DNA from: Bacteriovoracaceae bacterium
Lineage (GTDB): Bacteria > Bdellovibrionota > Bacteriovoracia > Bacteriovoracales > Bacteriovoracaceae
DNA length: 43,966 nucleotides
Direction: 5' to 3'
NCBI GenBank assembly: GCA_049599895.1
Contig: JBMYPC010000006.1
Coordinates: 1 to 43,966 of the forward strand
Every line of letters begins with the position of its first letter. Within the stretch, counting starts at the first letter, position 1. Shown here piece by piece: positions 22,435-31,618 of this stretch. The notes under the pieces were generated by a model that saw only the letters and a list, made by a program, of their open reading frames with translations, did no database searches and was not told where the DNA came from. The translations under genes were made by a program, and so were the position numbers.

Positions 22435-22689
22435 ATGGCAAACGAAACAGTTCAAAAGTTTAAAAGAAAGCTAACTGGTACAGTTGTTAGCGACGTGAAT
22501 GATCAAACAATTGTTGTGAATGTTGTGAGAAGGTTTAAGCACAGAACTTACAGTAAGTTTATAAACCAATCGAAAAAGTATCATGCACATGATGTTAAGA
22601 ATACTGCTAAGAAAGGCGATGTCGTAACGATTATCGAATCAAAGCCGTATTCAAAATTAAAGAAATGGGAACTGTTTTCAGTTAATTAA
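22435..22689 (+). CDS. rpsQ: 30S ribosomal protein uS17
   Basis: GTVVSD, KKYHAHD, PYSKLKKW. Confidence 0.99.
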   Translation: MANETVQKFKRKLTGTVVSDVNDQTIVVNVVRRFKHRTYSKFINQSKKYHAHDVKNTAKKGDVVTIIESKPYSKLKKWELFSVN

Positions 22690-22704
22690 TATTAGGGGAC
22701 TAGC

Positions 22705-23073
22705 ATGATTCAGATGCAGACAAAGTTAGAAGTTGCGGATAATTCAGGGGCGAAAGAAGTTAAATGTATCAAAGTCCTTGGCGGTTCGAAGAGAATGATC
22801 GCTGATCTTGGTGATGTCATTGTCGTAGCGGTTCAAAGTGCATTGCCTGGTGGAAAAATTAAAAAAGGTGATGTTCGTAAAGCTGTAATCGTAAGAACAG
22901 TATATCCATTAAAGAGACCTGATGGTTCAACAATTAAGTTTGATAAAAACAGTGTTGTTATATTGAATCCACAAAATGAGCCAGTGGGAACACGTATTTT
23001 TGGCCCAGTGGCAAGAGAGCTAAGAGGAAAGAGCTTTACTAAGATCTGTTCTCTGGCACCAGAAGTACTTTAA
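22705..23073 (+). CDS. rplN: 50S ribosomal protein uL14
   Basis: [27 protein letters not shown]. Confidence 0.99.
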   Translation: MIQMQTKLEVADNSGAKEVKCIKVLGGSKRMIADLGDVIVVAVQSALPGGKIKKGDVRKAVIVRTVYPLKRPDGSTIKFDKNSVVILNPQNEPVGTRIFGPVARELRGKSFTKICSLAPEVL

Positions 23074-23097
23074 TTGAGCAAGGCTCAGGAGTAGAAA

Positions 23098-23403
23098 ATG
23101 CAAAAGCTTAAGTTAAACGATGAAGTTGTAGTGATTGCTGGAAAAGATAAAGGAAAGTCTGGGAACGTTCTTAGACTTGGAAAAGATCGAGTAATTGTTA
23201 GTGGTGTGAATGTTAAGAGAAAATCGATTAAGCCAACTCAAGAAAACCCAGATGGTGGATTTGTTGACGTTGAAACTGCTCTTCACATTAGCAACGTTGC
23301 TGTAAAAAGCCCGAAAGACGGGAAGCCAACAAGAGTTAAAGTCGTAAGAAAAGATAATAAGAATGTCAGAGTTGCTGTTCGTTGTGGGACTGAGCTTAGT
23401 TAA
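23098..23403 (+). CDS. rplX: 50S ribosomal protein uL24
   Basis: [17 protein letters not shown]. Confidence 0.99.
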   Translation: MQKLKLNDEVVVIAGKDKGKSGNVLRLGKDRVIVSGVNVKRKSIKPTQENPDGGFVDVETALHISNVAVKSPKDGKPTRVKVVRKDNKNVRVAVRCGTELS

Positions 23404-23414
23404 GGATAGGATCA

Positions 23415-23957
23415 ATGGAAGTTAGACTAAAGAAGCATTATAAAGAAACAATTGCTCCAGCGCTTAAAGAAAAATTTAAGTATGCAAATGTTCACCAGAT
23501 TCCAAAGCTAGAAAAGATTGTTGTGAACTCAATGTCTCGCGACTGTATCCAAAGCAGTAAAATCGTTAACGCGATTTCTGAAGAGCTTGGACTTATCTGT
23601 GGACAAAAGCCAGTTGTCGCAAAAGCAAAAAAATCAGTTGCAACGTTTAAGCTAAGAGAGGGGATGCCAGTTGGTGCTTTCGTTACTCTTAGGGGCGACA
23701 ATATGTACGAATTTCTTGATCGATTAGTTTCGATTTCACTTCCAAGAGTTCGTGACTTTAGAGGGATTTCTTCTAAGGGATTTGATGGAAGAGGAAATTA
23801 TGCTTTTGGTATCAAAGAGCAAATTATTTTTCCTGAAATCAACTATGACAAAATTGATAAGATTCGCGGTTTAAGTATTTCAATTGTGACAACTGCGAAA
23901 AATAATGAGGAGGGGCGTGAGCTTCTCACTCAACTAGGTGTTCCTTTTAATAAATAA
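23415..23957 (+). CDS. rplE: 50S ribosomal protein uL5
   Basis: [24 protein letters not shown]. Confidence 0.99.
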   Translation: MEVRLKKHYKETIAPALKEKFKYANVHQIPKLEKIVVNSMSRDCIQSSKIVNAISEELGLICGQKPVVAKAKKSVATFKLREGMPVGAFVTLRGDNMYEFLDRLVSISLPRVRDFRGISSKGFDGRGNYAFGIKEQIIFPEINYDKIDKIRGLSISIVTTAKNNEEGRELLTQLGVPFNK

Positions 23958-23981
23958 GAAAAGCGATAAGCGGAGAATAAG

Positions 23982-24287
23982 ATGGCAAGACTTGCGAAAG
24001 TAGTTAGTAATGAGAAGAGAGAGAAGCTCGCTAAGCGATATGCAAAGCTTAGAAAAGAGTTAAAGGCTAAGATCGTTGATCCAAAAGTTTCAGAAGATGA
24101 AAGATTTGAGGCAATGATAAGACTTCAAAAGCTTCCTAAGAATTCATCGCCCGTTAGAGTAAGAAATAGATGTGCAGTAACTGGTCGTCCAAGAGGATTC
24201 TATAGAGATTTCAAACTTTCTAGACTTGAGTTTAGAAGACTTGCTCTAAAAGGAATGATCCCTGGTGTAACCAAGTCAAGCTGGTAA
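23982..24287 (+). CDS. rpsN: 30S ribosomal protein uS14 (101 aa, Zn-independent type)
   Basis: [21 protein letters not shown]; single Cys. Confidence 0.99.
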   Translation: MARLAKVVSNEKREKLAKRYAKLRKELKAKIVDPKVSEDERFEAMIRLQKLPKNSSPVRVRNRCAVTGRPRGFYRDFKLSRLEFRRLALKGMIPGVTKSSW

Positions 24288-24310
24288 GAGTAGTTGAGGA
24301 GAATTTAGTT

Positions 24311-24694
24311 ATGATGACAGATCCTATTGCAGACATGTTAACAAGAATCAGAAACGCGATTAACGCGGACCATGAAACAGTGCTTATTCCAGCGAGCAAA
24401 ATGAAAGCTGGTGTTTGTAAAGTTTTAAAAGATGAAGGATACATCGCTGGTTTTAAAATTGTCATGAAGTCACAAAGTGACATTAAGATCAAAGTAAAGC
24501 TTAAGCCAAACGCAATTGTTGGAATCCAAAGATTTTCAAAGCCTGGTCTGAGACAGTACCGTGGCTACAAAGAAATCCCAAGGGTTATCAGTGGTCTTGG
24601 AACTGCTGTTTTATCAACTTCAAAAGGTGTTATCTCTGACAGACAAGCGAAATCGCTTAAAGTTGGTGGTGAAATCCTTTGTAACGTTTGGTAA
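24311..24694 (+). CDS. rpsH: 30S ribosomal protein uS8
   Basis: TDPIADMLTRIRNA, STSKGV, GGEILC. Confidence 0.99.
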   Translation: MMTDPIADMLTRIRNAINADHETVLIPASKMKAGVCKVLKDEGYIAGFKIVMKSQSDIKIKVKLKPNAIVGIQRFSKPGLRQYRGYKEIPRVISGLGTAVLSTSKGVISDRQAKSLKVGGEILCNVW

Positions 24695-24729
24695 CGATTT
24701 TTTAATATATAAGGTTAATGAGGTAAAAG

Positions 24730-25266
24730 ATGTCACGTGTTGGAAAGTTACCAGTTGAAATTCCTGAGAAAGTTACAGTTCAACTTAATGGAACTGATGT
24801 AAATGTTAAGGGCCCGAAAGGGGAGCTTAGCTATAACTTTAAAGGATTAGTGAATATTGAGTCTGACGGTAAGCAAGTGACTGTGACTCCTGTCGATGAA
24901 GAGAAAAAGTCTCGCGCGATGTGGGGAACAGCAAGGCAGCTTATCAATAATATGGTGACTGGATGTAGTTCAGGTTTCACAAGATCACTAGAGTTTAACG
25001 GAGTTGGTTACAAAGCTGCTGTTAAGGGAAGTGTTCTTAACCTAAACCTTGGTTACTCACATCCAATTGACTATGATCTTCCAGAGGGGATCACAGCAAA
25101 AGTGACGAAAAACCAAATTGACATTATGGGTTGTGACAAGGAACTTGTTGGATTTGTTGCAGCAAAAGTAAGGTCTTTTAGACCGCCTGAGCCATACAAA
25201 GGTAAAGGTATTAAATATAGTGACGAAAGAATTATTAGAAAGGCTGGTAAATCTGGTGCTAAGTAA
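24730..25266 (+). CDS. rplF: 50S ribosomal protein uL6
   Basis: MSRVGKLPV, RPPEPYKGKGI. Confidence 0.99.
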   Translation: MSRVGKLPVEIPEKVTVQLNGTDVNVKGPKGELSYNFKGLVNIESDGKQVTVTPVDEEKKSRAMWGTARQLINNMVTGCSSGFTRSLEFNGVGYKAAVKGSVLNLNLGYSHPIDYDLPEGITAKVTKNQIDIMGCDKELVGFVAAKVRSFRPPEPYKGKGIKYSDERIIRKAGKSGAK

Positions 25267-25392
25267 TCCTTAAGGGTTGCTTAGTTTTTGCCATTGGCAA
25301 TATTTTCAGATATACCATCTGCCTAGATATAGCGATTTTTAAGTTTCTTAACATGTTGAAATGTTAAATGTTGCTTAGGGTGGGAGTTAAAA

Positions 25393-25773
25393 ATGATAAG
25401 AAAAAGCTTAAAAAAGTTTAAACAAGAATCTTCAAGAAAGCGTTACAGAAGAAAACTCACGATTAGAAACAAGGTTGAGGGAACTGCTGAGCGTCCAAGA
25501 ATTGTTATTCACAGATCTAACAAAAACATTGCTGTTCAAGTTATTGATGATGCTGCAGGAAAAACTCTTGCAAGTGCTCAAACATTTGGAAAGGCTGCTG
25601 TTGGTGGAGCGAAGGCTAATAAAGAAGGTGCCGCTCTTGTTGGAAAAGCTCTTGCTGAGAAAATGACAAGTGCTGGTATTAAGGCTGCGGTTTATGACAG
25701 AGCTGGATACAAGTATCACGGTGTTGTTAAGCAGATTGCAGAGTCTATTAGAGAAAATGGAGTACAAATTTAA
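25393..25773 (+). CDS. rplR: 50S ribosomal protein uL18
   Basis: GTAERPRI, DRAGYKYHGVV. Confidence 0.98.
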   Translation: MIRKSLKKFKQESSRKRYRRKLTIRNKVEGTAERPRIVIHRSNKNIAVQVIDDAAGKTLASAQTFGKAAVGGAKANKEGAALVGKALAEKMTSAGIKAAVYDRAGYKYHGVVKQIAESIRENGVQI

Positions 25774-25799
25774 GCTTTGCTTAGATTTTGGAGTTGAAT

Positions 25800-26408
25800 A
25801 TGAGTGAAGAAACTAAAACTGAAGAAACAAAAGTAGAAGCAGCAGCAGAAGCAAAAGCTGATGGTGGTGATAAGAAGCAGAAGAGACAAAAAAGAGCTCC
25901 TCAAAAAAGAAAAACTTCAACAATTGATGCTGAACTCGAAGAAAGAGTTGTTGCTGTTAACCGTGTTGCTAAGGTTGTTAAGGGTGGTAGAAGATTCAGC
26001 TTTTCTGCTCTTATGATTGTTGGTGATAAAAACGGACGTGTTGGATACGGACTTGGTAAAGCTAAGGAAGTTCCAGAAGCAATTAGAAAAGCGACTCAAA
26101 AAGCACAGAAGTCAATGATCTCTGTTCCTCTTGATGGAGATACAATTCCTCACCAAGCTCTTGGAGAGTTTGATGCAGGTAAAATCCTTTTTAAGCCAGC
26201 TTCTCGTGGTACCGGGGTTAAGGCTGCTGGTGCATGTCGATCGATCTTAGAGCTTGCGGGTGTAAAAGACGTTCTTACAAAGTCACAAAGAGGGAATAAC
26301 CCACATAATATTGTTAAGGCGACATTTGCAGCTCTTAAGTCTTTAAGATCAGCAGAGCAAGTTGCTAAGGCCAGAGGAATTGACCCTAAGTCAGTTCGAA
26401 TTAAGTAA
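25800..26408 (+). CDS. rpsE: 30S ribosomal protein uS5 with N-terminal extension
   Basis: [18 protein letters not shown]; start moved to ATG 25800 behind SD GGAG (25790-93). Confidence 0.98.
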   Translation: MSEETKTEETKVEAAAEAKADGGDKKQKRQKRAPQKRKTSTIDAELEERVVAVNRVAKVVKGGRRFSFSALMIVGDKNGRVGYGLGKAKEVPEAIRKATQKAQKSMISVPLDGDTIPHQALGEFDAGKILFKPASRGTGVKAAGACRSILELAGVKDVLTKSQRGNNPHNIVKATFAALKSLRSAEQVAKARGIDPKSVRIK

Positions 26409-26429
26409 TTAGGTAGTGAGGATAAAGAT

Positions 26430-26612
26430 ATGTCAGCTGGAAAAATCACTGTAAAACTAAAGAAAAGTGTTATCACTTGTACTGAAAAGCAAAAAGCTTG
26501 TGTAAGAGGGCTTGGTCTTAGAAAGATTAACTCAAGCCGAACTCTTGAGAATACACCTGCTGTTAGAGGGATGATCAAAAAAGTTATCCACCTACTAGAA
26601 ATTTCTGAATAA
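26430..26612 (+). CDS. rpmD: 50S ribosomal protein uL30
   Basis: [19 protein letters not shown]. Confidence 0.98.
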   Translation: MSAGKITVKLKKSVITCTEKQKACVRGLGLRKINSSRTLENTPAVRGMIKKVIHLLEISE

Positions 26613-26626
26613 TTGAGGATAGAGAT

Positions 26627-27076
26627 ATGTTGACGCTAAATAATTTAAAAAGCCCTAAGGGTGCGCATCGCAACACTAAAAGAATTGGTCGTGGTCAAGG
26701 TTCTGGTTACGGAACTCAGGCGGCAAAAGGTCACAAAGGTCAAAAGGCGAGAGCTGGTGGCGGTGTCCGAACTGGTTTTGAAGGTGGGAACATGCCTCTT
26801 TATATGAGACTACCGAAAAAAGGTTTCTCTAACGCACCTTTTAAGACTGAATATGCGATTGTTTCTCTTGATACGATCAAGAATCACTTTGATTCTGGTG
26901 AAGTGACGAGAGAACTTCTTGTTGAGAAGGGAATTCTTAAAGGAAAGGATAGAAGACTTCCAATTAAGATCCTTGCTGGACAGAACTTCGATAAGTCTTT
27001 ATCTTTTATATCTATTGAAAAATTCTCAAAATCAGCAAGGGAAGCGATTGAGAAGGCCGGGGGAAAACTTCAGTAA
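26627..27076 (+). CDS. rplO: 50S ribosomal protein uL15
   Basis: RIGRGQGSG, GFEGGNMPLYMRLPK. Confidence 0.99.
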   Translation: MLTLNNLKSPKGAHRNTKRIGRGQGSGYGTQAAKGHKGQKARAGGGVRTGFEGGNMPLYMRLPKKGFSNAPFKTEYAIVSLDTIKNHFDSGEVTRELLVEKGILKGKDRRLPIKILAGQNFDKSLSFISIEKFSKSAREAIEKAGGKLQ

Positions 27077-27147
27077 TTTCTCTGTTCTTTAGAGAGATTT
27101 CTCCTCTTTCGAAGTTGGTTTTAAGCCAAATTTAAGGATATTTGCAT

Positions 27148-28458
27148 ATGGCGATTTCGCAAACTAAGTACGATGACCTCAAGAAAAAGATTTTCTTTAC
27201 GTTTTTACTACTCATTGTTTACAGGTTTGCAGCACAGGTCCCTGTACCTGGAGTTGATGCGAGTGCGCTAAGTAGTTTTTTCGGTGATGACACACGAGAT
27301 GCTTTTGATCTTCTTAATACATTCTCTGGTGGTGCCCTTAAAAGATTCTCAATCCTAGCTCTTGGGATTATGCCTTATATTACGACTTCAATTATTTTCA
27401 GTCTTTTGGGGGAAGTTATTCCTCAGATTCAAGAACTTCAAGAGGATAGTGAGGGTCATAAGAAAATTCAAAAATGGACTCGCTACGCAACAGTTCTTCT
27501 TTGTGCTGTTCAAGGTTACGGTCTTGCGGCTTACTTTGAGTCAGTCAATGCTCCTGGTGGATCACCGGTTATCCCTGAGCCCGGACTGCTTTTTAAGTTA
27601 ACAGCAACAATCACTCTTGTTGGTGGGACTATGTTCCTTCTTTGGCTTGGTGAGAGGATCACTGAGTGGGGACTTGAAAATGGTGTTTCATTAATTATCT
27701 TTACAGGTATTGCGGTAGAGCTTCCAACTGAAGTCTTCCAAAATATTACTCTTTACAAAAACGGTGAATTACATGGATTTGATCTCTTTAAGATCTTTGG
27801 TGTGATTGCTATTGCCTTTTATGTGGTCTCATTTATTGAAAGGTCCTTTAGAGGGGTGCCTGTTCAATATGCGAAACGGGTGGTTAATGGACAAATGCAA
27901 GGTGGAACTCAAACTCTGCCTGTAAGAGTTGATACTGGTGGGGTTATGCCTCCTATTCTAGCTTCTTCTCTTCTTGCTGCACCAGCAACTCTTGGAAGAT
28001 TTATTCCTCAAGATAGTGCGATTGCTCCTTACTTGGATTCAATCCTTCAATCACTTTACCCTGGGAACATGCTCTTTAACCTATTCTTTGGGTTACTGAT
28101 TGTTTATATGACTTATTTTTATGCACCAATTCAGTTTAAGACGAAGAAAATTGCTGAAATGTTGCAAAAAAATAATGCTTTCGTTCCAGGTGTAAGGCCA
28201 GGTCCGAAAACAAAAGAGTATCTTGATTATGTTCTTAATCGAATGACTTTTGTAAGTTGTGTTTACCTTATCATTATCTGTGTGATTCCAACGATTATCA
28301 CAGGTCAGCAAACACGGTTTGGTGGAACGGCACTTCTTATCCTTGTTTCAGTTAGTATTAGAGTAATGATGAATATTCAGTCATTTCTATTTGCTGATCG
28401 TTATGAAACAGCTCAAAAGTCTCGTGGGAAATATAAGGGCGCTAACAGACGCTTTTAA
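27148..28458 (+). CDS. secY: Preprotein translocase subunit SecY
   Basis: SILALGIMPYIT, WLGERITE, FVPGVRPG; ATG 27148 behind SD AAGGA. Confidence 0.98.
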   Translation: MAISQTKYDDLKKKIFFTFLLLIVYRFAAQVPVPGVDASALSSFFGDDTRDAFDLLNTFSGGALKRFSILALGIMPYITTSIIFSLLGEVIPQIQELQEDSEGHKKIQKWTRYATVLLCAVQGYGLAAYFESVNAPGGSPVIPEPGLLFKLTATITLVGGTMFLLWLGERITEWGLENGVSLIIFTGIAVELPTEVFQNITLYKNGELHGFDLFKIFGVIAIAFYVVSFIERSFRGVPVQYAKRVVNGQMQGGTQTLPVRVDTGGVMPPILASSLLAAPATLGRFIPQDSAIAPYLDSILQSLYPGNMLFNLFFGLLIVYMTYFYAPIQFKTKKIAEMLQKNNAFVPGVRPGPKTKEYLDYVLNRMTFVSCVYLIIICVIPTIITGQQTRFGGTALLILVSVSIRVMMNIQSFLFADRYETAQKSRGKYKGANRRF

Positions 28459-28473
28459 AAGGTTGATAAACTT

Positions 28474-29112
28474 ATGGCAAAGCCAAATCTTATTCTTTTA
28501 GGTGCACCAGGTTCAGGAAAGGGAACTCAGGCAGCTAAAATTTCAAGTCGACTTGGTTATAGCCACGTATCAACAGGAGATCTTTTACGTTCTGAGATTG
28601 CTAAAGGATCAGAGCTTGGAAAAAAGGTTGAATCAATTTTAAAAGAAGGCGCGCTTGTTGATGATCACACTGTTCTTGATCTTTTAAAGGCGAACTGTGA
28701 CTTAGCTGCGAATGCTTATATTTTTGATGGGTTTCCAAGAAACCTCGATCAGGCTCAATTACTAGATGAGCACATCATTAAAGACTCTGCCAGCATGGCA
28801 ATCTTTTTTGAAATTGATGATGAAGTTATCGTTGAGAGAATTGTAAATAGAAGAATCGCCAAGGGAAGTGGCGAAATATATAACCTTAAGTCTCGACCTC
28901 CTAAGGTTGAGGGAAAGTGTGACGTTTCTGGTGAGGATCTAATTCATAGACCTGATGACCAAGAAGACGTTGTGCGTAAGCGACTTGAGGTTTTTAGGGC
29001 TGAAATTGCTCCTATGCTTGAGTATTACGAGGGTAAGGGACGTTTGCAGCGAGTCAATGCTCTCACTGAAGCAGAGCAATTGTTCTCAGAAATAGAAAAG
29101 TTAATAGGTTAA
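28474..29112 (+). CDS. adk: Adenylate kinase
   Basis: GAPGSGKGTQA, STGDLLR, DGFPR. Confidence 0.99.
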   Translation: MAKPNLILLGAPGSGKGTQAAKISSRLGYSHVSTGDLLRSEIAKGSELGKKVESILKEGALVDDHTVLDLLKANCDLAANAYIFDGFPRNLDQAQLLDEHIIKDSASMAIFFEIDDEVIVERIVNRRIAKGSGEIYNLKSRPPKVEGKCDVSGEDLIHRPDDQEDVVRKRLEVFRAEIAPMLEYYEGKGRLQRVNALTEAEQLFSEIEKLIG

Positions 29113-29133
29113 TTAGGTAGGTCCTTTGGAGAC

Positions 29134-29162
29134 TTGCATAATTAGAGAGTTTTAGTTATACA
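29134..29162 (+). promoter_or_regulatory. Candidate internal sigma70 promoter for infA-alpha segment
   Basis: TTGCAT-17 nt-TATACA. Confidence 0.3.
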
Positions 29163-29188
29163 TCGATGGATTAAAATGGGTAATTTGA

Positions 29189-29440
29189 ATGTCTGGTGCT
29201 GAGTCAATTGAAGTTGAAGGAGAGGTAACTGAGTTACTTCCAAATACGAAGTTCAAAGTAAAGCTGCCAAATGGCCATTCAATTATTGCTCACATTAGCG
29301 GTAAGATGCGAATGCACTTTATTAAGATCTTACCTGGTGACAAAGTTTTAGTTGAGATCAGTAAGTATGATCTTTCTAAAGGAAGAATAACTTATAGAAG
29401 TAAGGGTGGGGCGAAACCACCACCAAGAACTGATAAGTAA
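29189..29440 (+). CDS. infA: Translation initiation factor IF-1 with C-terminal tail
   Basis: [31 protein letters not shown]. Confidence 0.99.
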   Translation: MSGAESIEVEGEVTELLPNTKFKVKLPNGHSIIAHISGKMRMHFIKILPGDKVLVEISKYDLSKGRITYRSKGGAKPPPRTDK

Positions 29441-29491
29441 AACCGCGAGGTTTTACCCCCCCGGAGGGAACCAGCAAGCGTCAGCGCGCGG
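29437..29491 (+). repeat. Three-hairpin intercistronic element, copy R4 (overlaps infA stop)
   Basis: GTAAAACC-GCGA-GGTTTTAC, CCC-GGA-GGG, CCAGCAAGCGTCAGCGCGCGG. Confidence 0.9.
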
Positions 29492-29549
29492 GCATAGTAA
29501 TAGAAGAGCTTAAAACGTTAGCGGTAATAGCGATAGAAAGGTAGAAGTC

Positions 29550-29666
29550 ATGAAAGTTAGAGCGTCGGTTAAGAAGATTTGTAAAGATTGTAAAGTTGTT
29601 AAGAGAAAAGGTGTTCTTCGAATTGTTTGTAAAACAAATCCAAGACACAAGCAACGTCAAGGTTAA
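29550..29666 (+). CDS. rpmJ: 50S ribosomal protein bL36 (Zn-ribbon type; below the ORF-track size cutoff)
   Basis: Manual translation [38 protein letters not shown]. Confidence 0.99.
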   Translation: MKVRASVKKICKDCKVVKRKGVLRIVCKTNPRHKQRQG

Positions 29667-29691
29667 GAAGTAGTAGTTAGGAGAAGTTGTT

Positions 29692-30075
29692 ATGGCACGT
29701 ATTCTAGGTGTAGATATTCCAAGAAATAAAGTAGTGAGAATTGCTTTAAGATCACTTTATGGCGTTGGACCAAAAGTTGCGATGGATGTTTTAGCGAAAG
29801 CGAACATTGATCCAGAAAGTAACTCAAATGATTTAACAGAAGAGCAATCAAACGAAATTCGTTTAATTCTCGAAGAAAGTTACACTGTAGAAGGTGATCT
29901 TCGTAGAGAGATTGGTCTTAATATTAAAAGACTTAAAGACCTTGGTTGTTACCGTGGTTTAAGACATAGAAAAGGTTTACCTGTTCGCGGGCAAAGAACA
30001 AGCACCAATGCAAGAACTCGTAAAGGTCCAGCTGTTGCAATCGCTGGTAAGAAATCTATTAAATCGATGAAGTAG
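29692..30075 (+). CDS. rpsM: 30S ribosomal protein uS13
   Basis: [25 protein letters not shown]. Confidence 0.99.
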   Translation: MARILGVDIPRNKVVRIALRSLYGVGPKVAMDVLAKANIDPESNSNDLTEEQSNEIRLILEESYTVEGDLRREIGLNIKRLKDLGCYRGLRHRKGLPVRGQRTSTNARTRKGPAVAIAGKKSIKSMK

Positions 30076-30086
30076 GTAGGAAAGTT

Positions 30087-30473
30087 ATGGCAAAAAAAGT
30101 TGCAGCGAAGAAAAAAGTTAAAAAGAATATTCCTCATGGGATCTGTCATGTACAGGCTTCATTTAACAATACAATTGTTACATTCACTGATCCTCAAGGT
30201 AAGGCGATTTCTTGGGCCAGTGCTGGTCAGTTAGGATTCAGAGGATCTAAGAAATCAACTCCATTTGCGGCACAGTCGGCTTCAGTTGAAGCAGCCAAAA
30301 AGGCTATGGAGCACGGACTAAGTTCAGTTGACGTAAAAGTTACTGGACCAGGTGCTGGACGTGAAAACGCAATTAGAGCTCTTCTCACAGCTGGTTTAAA
30401 AATCACGTCAGTTGCTGATCGGTCACCAATTCCTCATAATGGATGTCGTGCACCTAAGAGAAGAAGAGTCTAA
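30087..30473 (+). CDS. rpsK: 30S ribosomal protein uS11
   Basis: [23 protein letters not shown]. Confidence 0.99.
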   Translation: MAKKVAAKKKVKKNIPHGICHVQASFNNTIVTFTDPQGKAISWASAGQLGFRGSKKSTPFAAQSASVEAAKKAMEHGLSSVDVKVTGPGAGRENAIRALLTAGLKITSVADRSPIPHNGCRAPKRRRV

Positions 30474-30523
30474 AACCGCGAGGTTTTAGGCCCCGCAGGG
30501 AGCTAGCAAGCGTCAGCGCGCGG
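30470..30523 (+). repeat. Three-hairpin intercistronic element, copy R5 (overlaps rpsK stop)
   Basis: CTAAAACC-GCGA-GGTTTTAG, CCC-GCA-GGG, CTAGCAAGCGTCAGCGCGCGG. Confidence 0.9.
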
Positions 30524-30579
30524 TTGCAAACTAAAGAATACTATAAAAGTAGAAGTAAATATTTAAGGAGAATCCCATA

Positions 30580-31614
30580 ATGGATAACACTTTCGTCGTT
30601 AAAAATTGGAGCAGCCTCATTAGACCAGTGGCTTTAGAGCTTGATTCAGACAGCTTAAAAAGCAACTACGGTAAATTTGTCGCGAAACCTCTTGAAAGAG
30701 GATACGGACAAACTTTAGGTAACTCTTTAAGAAGAGTTCTTCTTTCTTCTCTTCAAGGAGCAGGTATTGTTGCTCTTAGAATCGAAGGTGTTGAGCATGA
30801 GTTTGGGACAATCAACAACGTTAAAGAAGAAGTTGCTGAAATTATCCTTAACTTAAAAGAAGTTCAGTTAAAAATTAAAGGTAAAGAAGAAGTTGTTCTT
30901 ACTCTTGAGAAGTCAGGAGAGGGACCTGTAACTGCTGCTAATATTACTGAGAATCCAAGTGTTGAAGTTTTAAACCCAGATCACGTTATCTGTAATGTTT
31001 CTTCTGGTGGAACAATTAAAATGGAGCTTAAGGTTTGCCGTGGTAAAGGTTATGTTACTGCTGTTGATAACAAAGAGCTTTATGATCTTCCTGTTGGGTG
31101 GATCTACCTTGATACACTTTTTTCACCTGTTAGCCGTGTTAACTACACAGTGACTAACTCAAGGGTTGGAAAGAGAACCGACTTTGATAAGTTAACTCTT
31201 GAAATCTGGACAAACGCTTCTGTTGATCCAACAGATGCAGTTGCTTATTCAGCTAAAATCCTTAGAGATCAGCTTGCTGTATTTCTTAACTTTGAAGACG
31301 AGGAAGAGATTGGAAGAGTTGAGACTGCGAAGCCTCAGAAAACTCAAAATGTTACAAACAGCGCCCTTCTTAAGCCTGTTTCTGAGCTTGAGCTTTCTGT
31401 TCGCTCAGCTAACTGCCTTCAAAACGCAAATATCAAGTATATTTACGAGCTTGTTTCTAAGACAGAAGGTGAAATGCTGAGAACTAAGAACTTTGGACGT
31501 AAGTCTTTAAACGAAATCAAAGAAATTTTAAACAATATGGGACTCGGTCTTGGGATGAAAGTCGACAATATCATGAAAGATATACAAGATCAGGCTCAAG
31601 GTGAAGCAGAGTAG
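30580..31614 (+). CDS. rpoA: RNA polymerase alpha subunit
   Basis: [44 protein letters not shown]. Confidence 0.99.
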   Translation: MDNTFVVKNWSSLIRPVALELDSDSLKSNYGKFVAKPLERGYGQTLGNSLRRVLLSSLQGAGIVALRIEGVEHEFGTINNVKEEVAEIILNLKEVQLKIKGKEEVVLTLEKSGEGPVTAANITENPSVEVLNPDHVICNVSSGGTIKMELKVCRGKGYVTAVDNKELYDLPVGWIYLDTLFSPVSRVNYTVTNSRVGKRTDFDKLTLEIWTNASVDPTDAVAYSAKILRDQLAVFLNFEDEEEIGRVETAKPQKTQNVTNSALLKPVSELELSVRSANCLQNANIKYIYELVSKTEGEMLRTKNFGRKSLNEIKEILNNMGLGLGMKVDNIMKDIQDQAQGEAE

Positions 31615-31618
31615 GATA

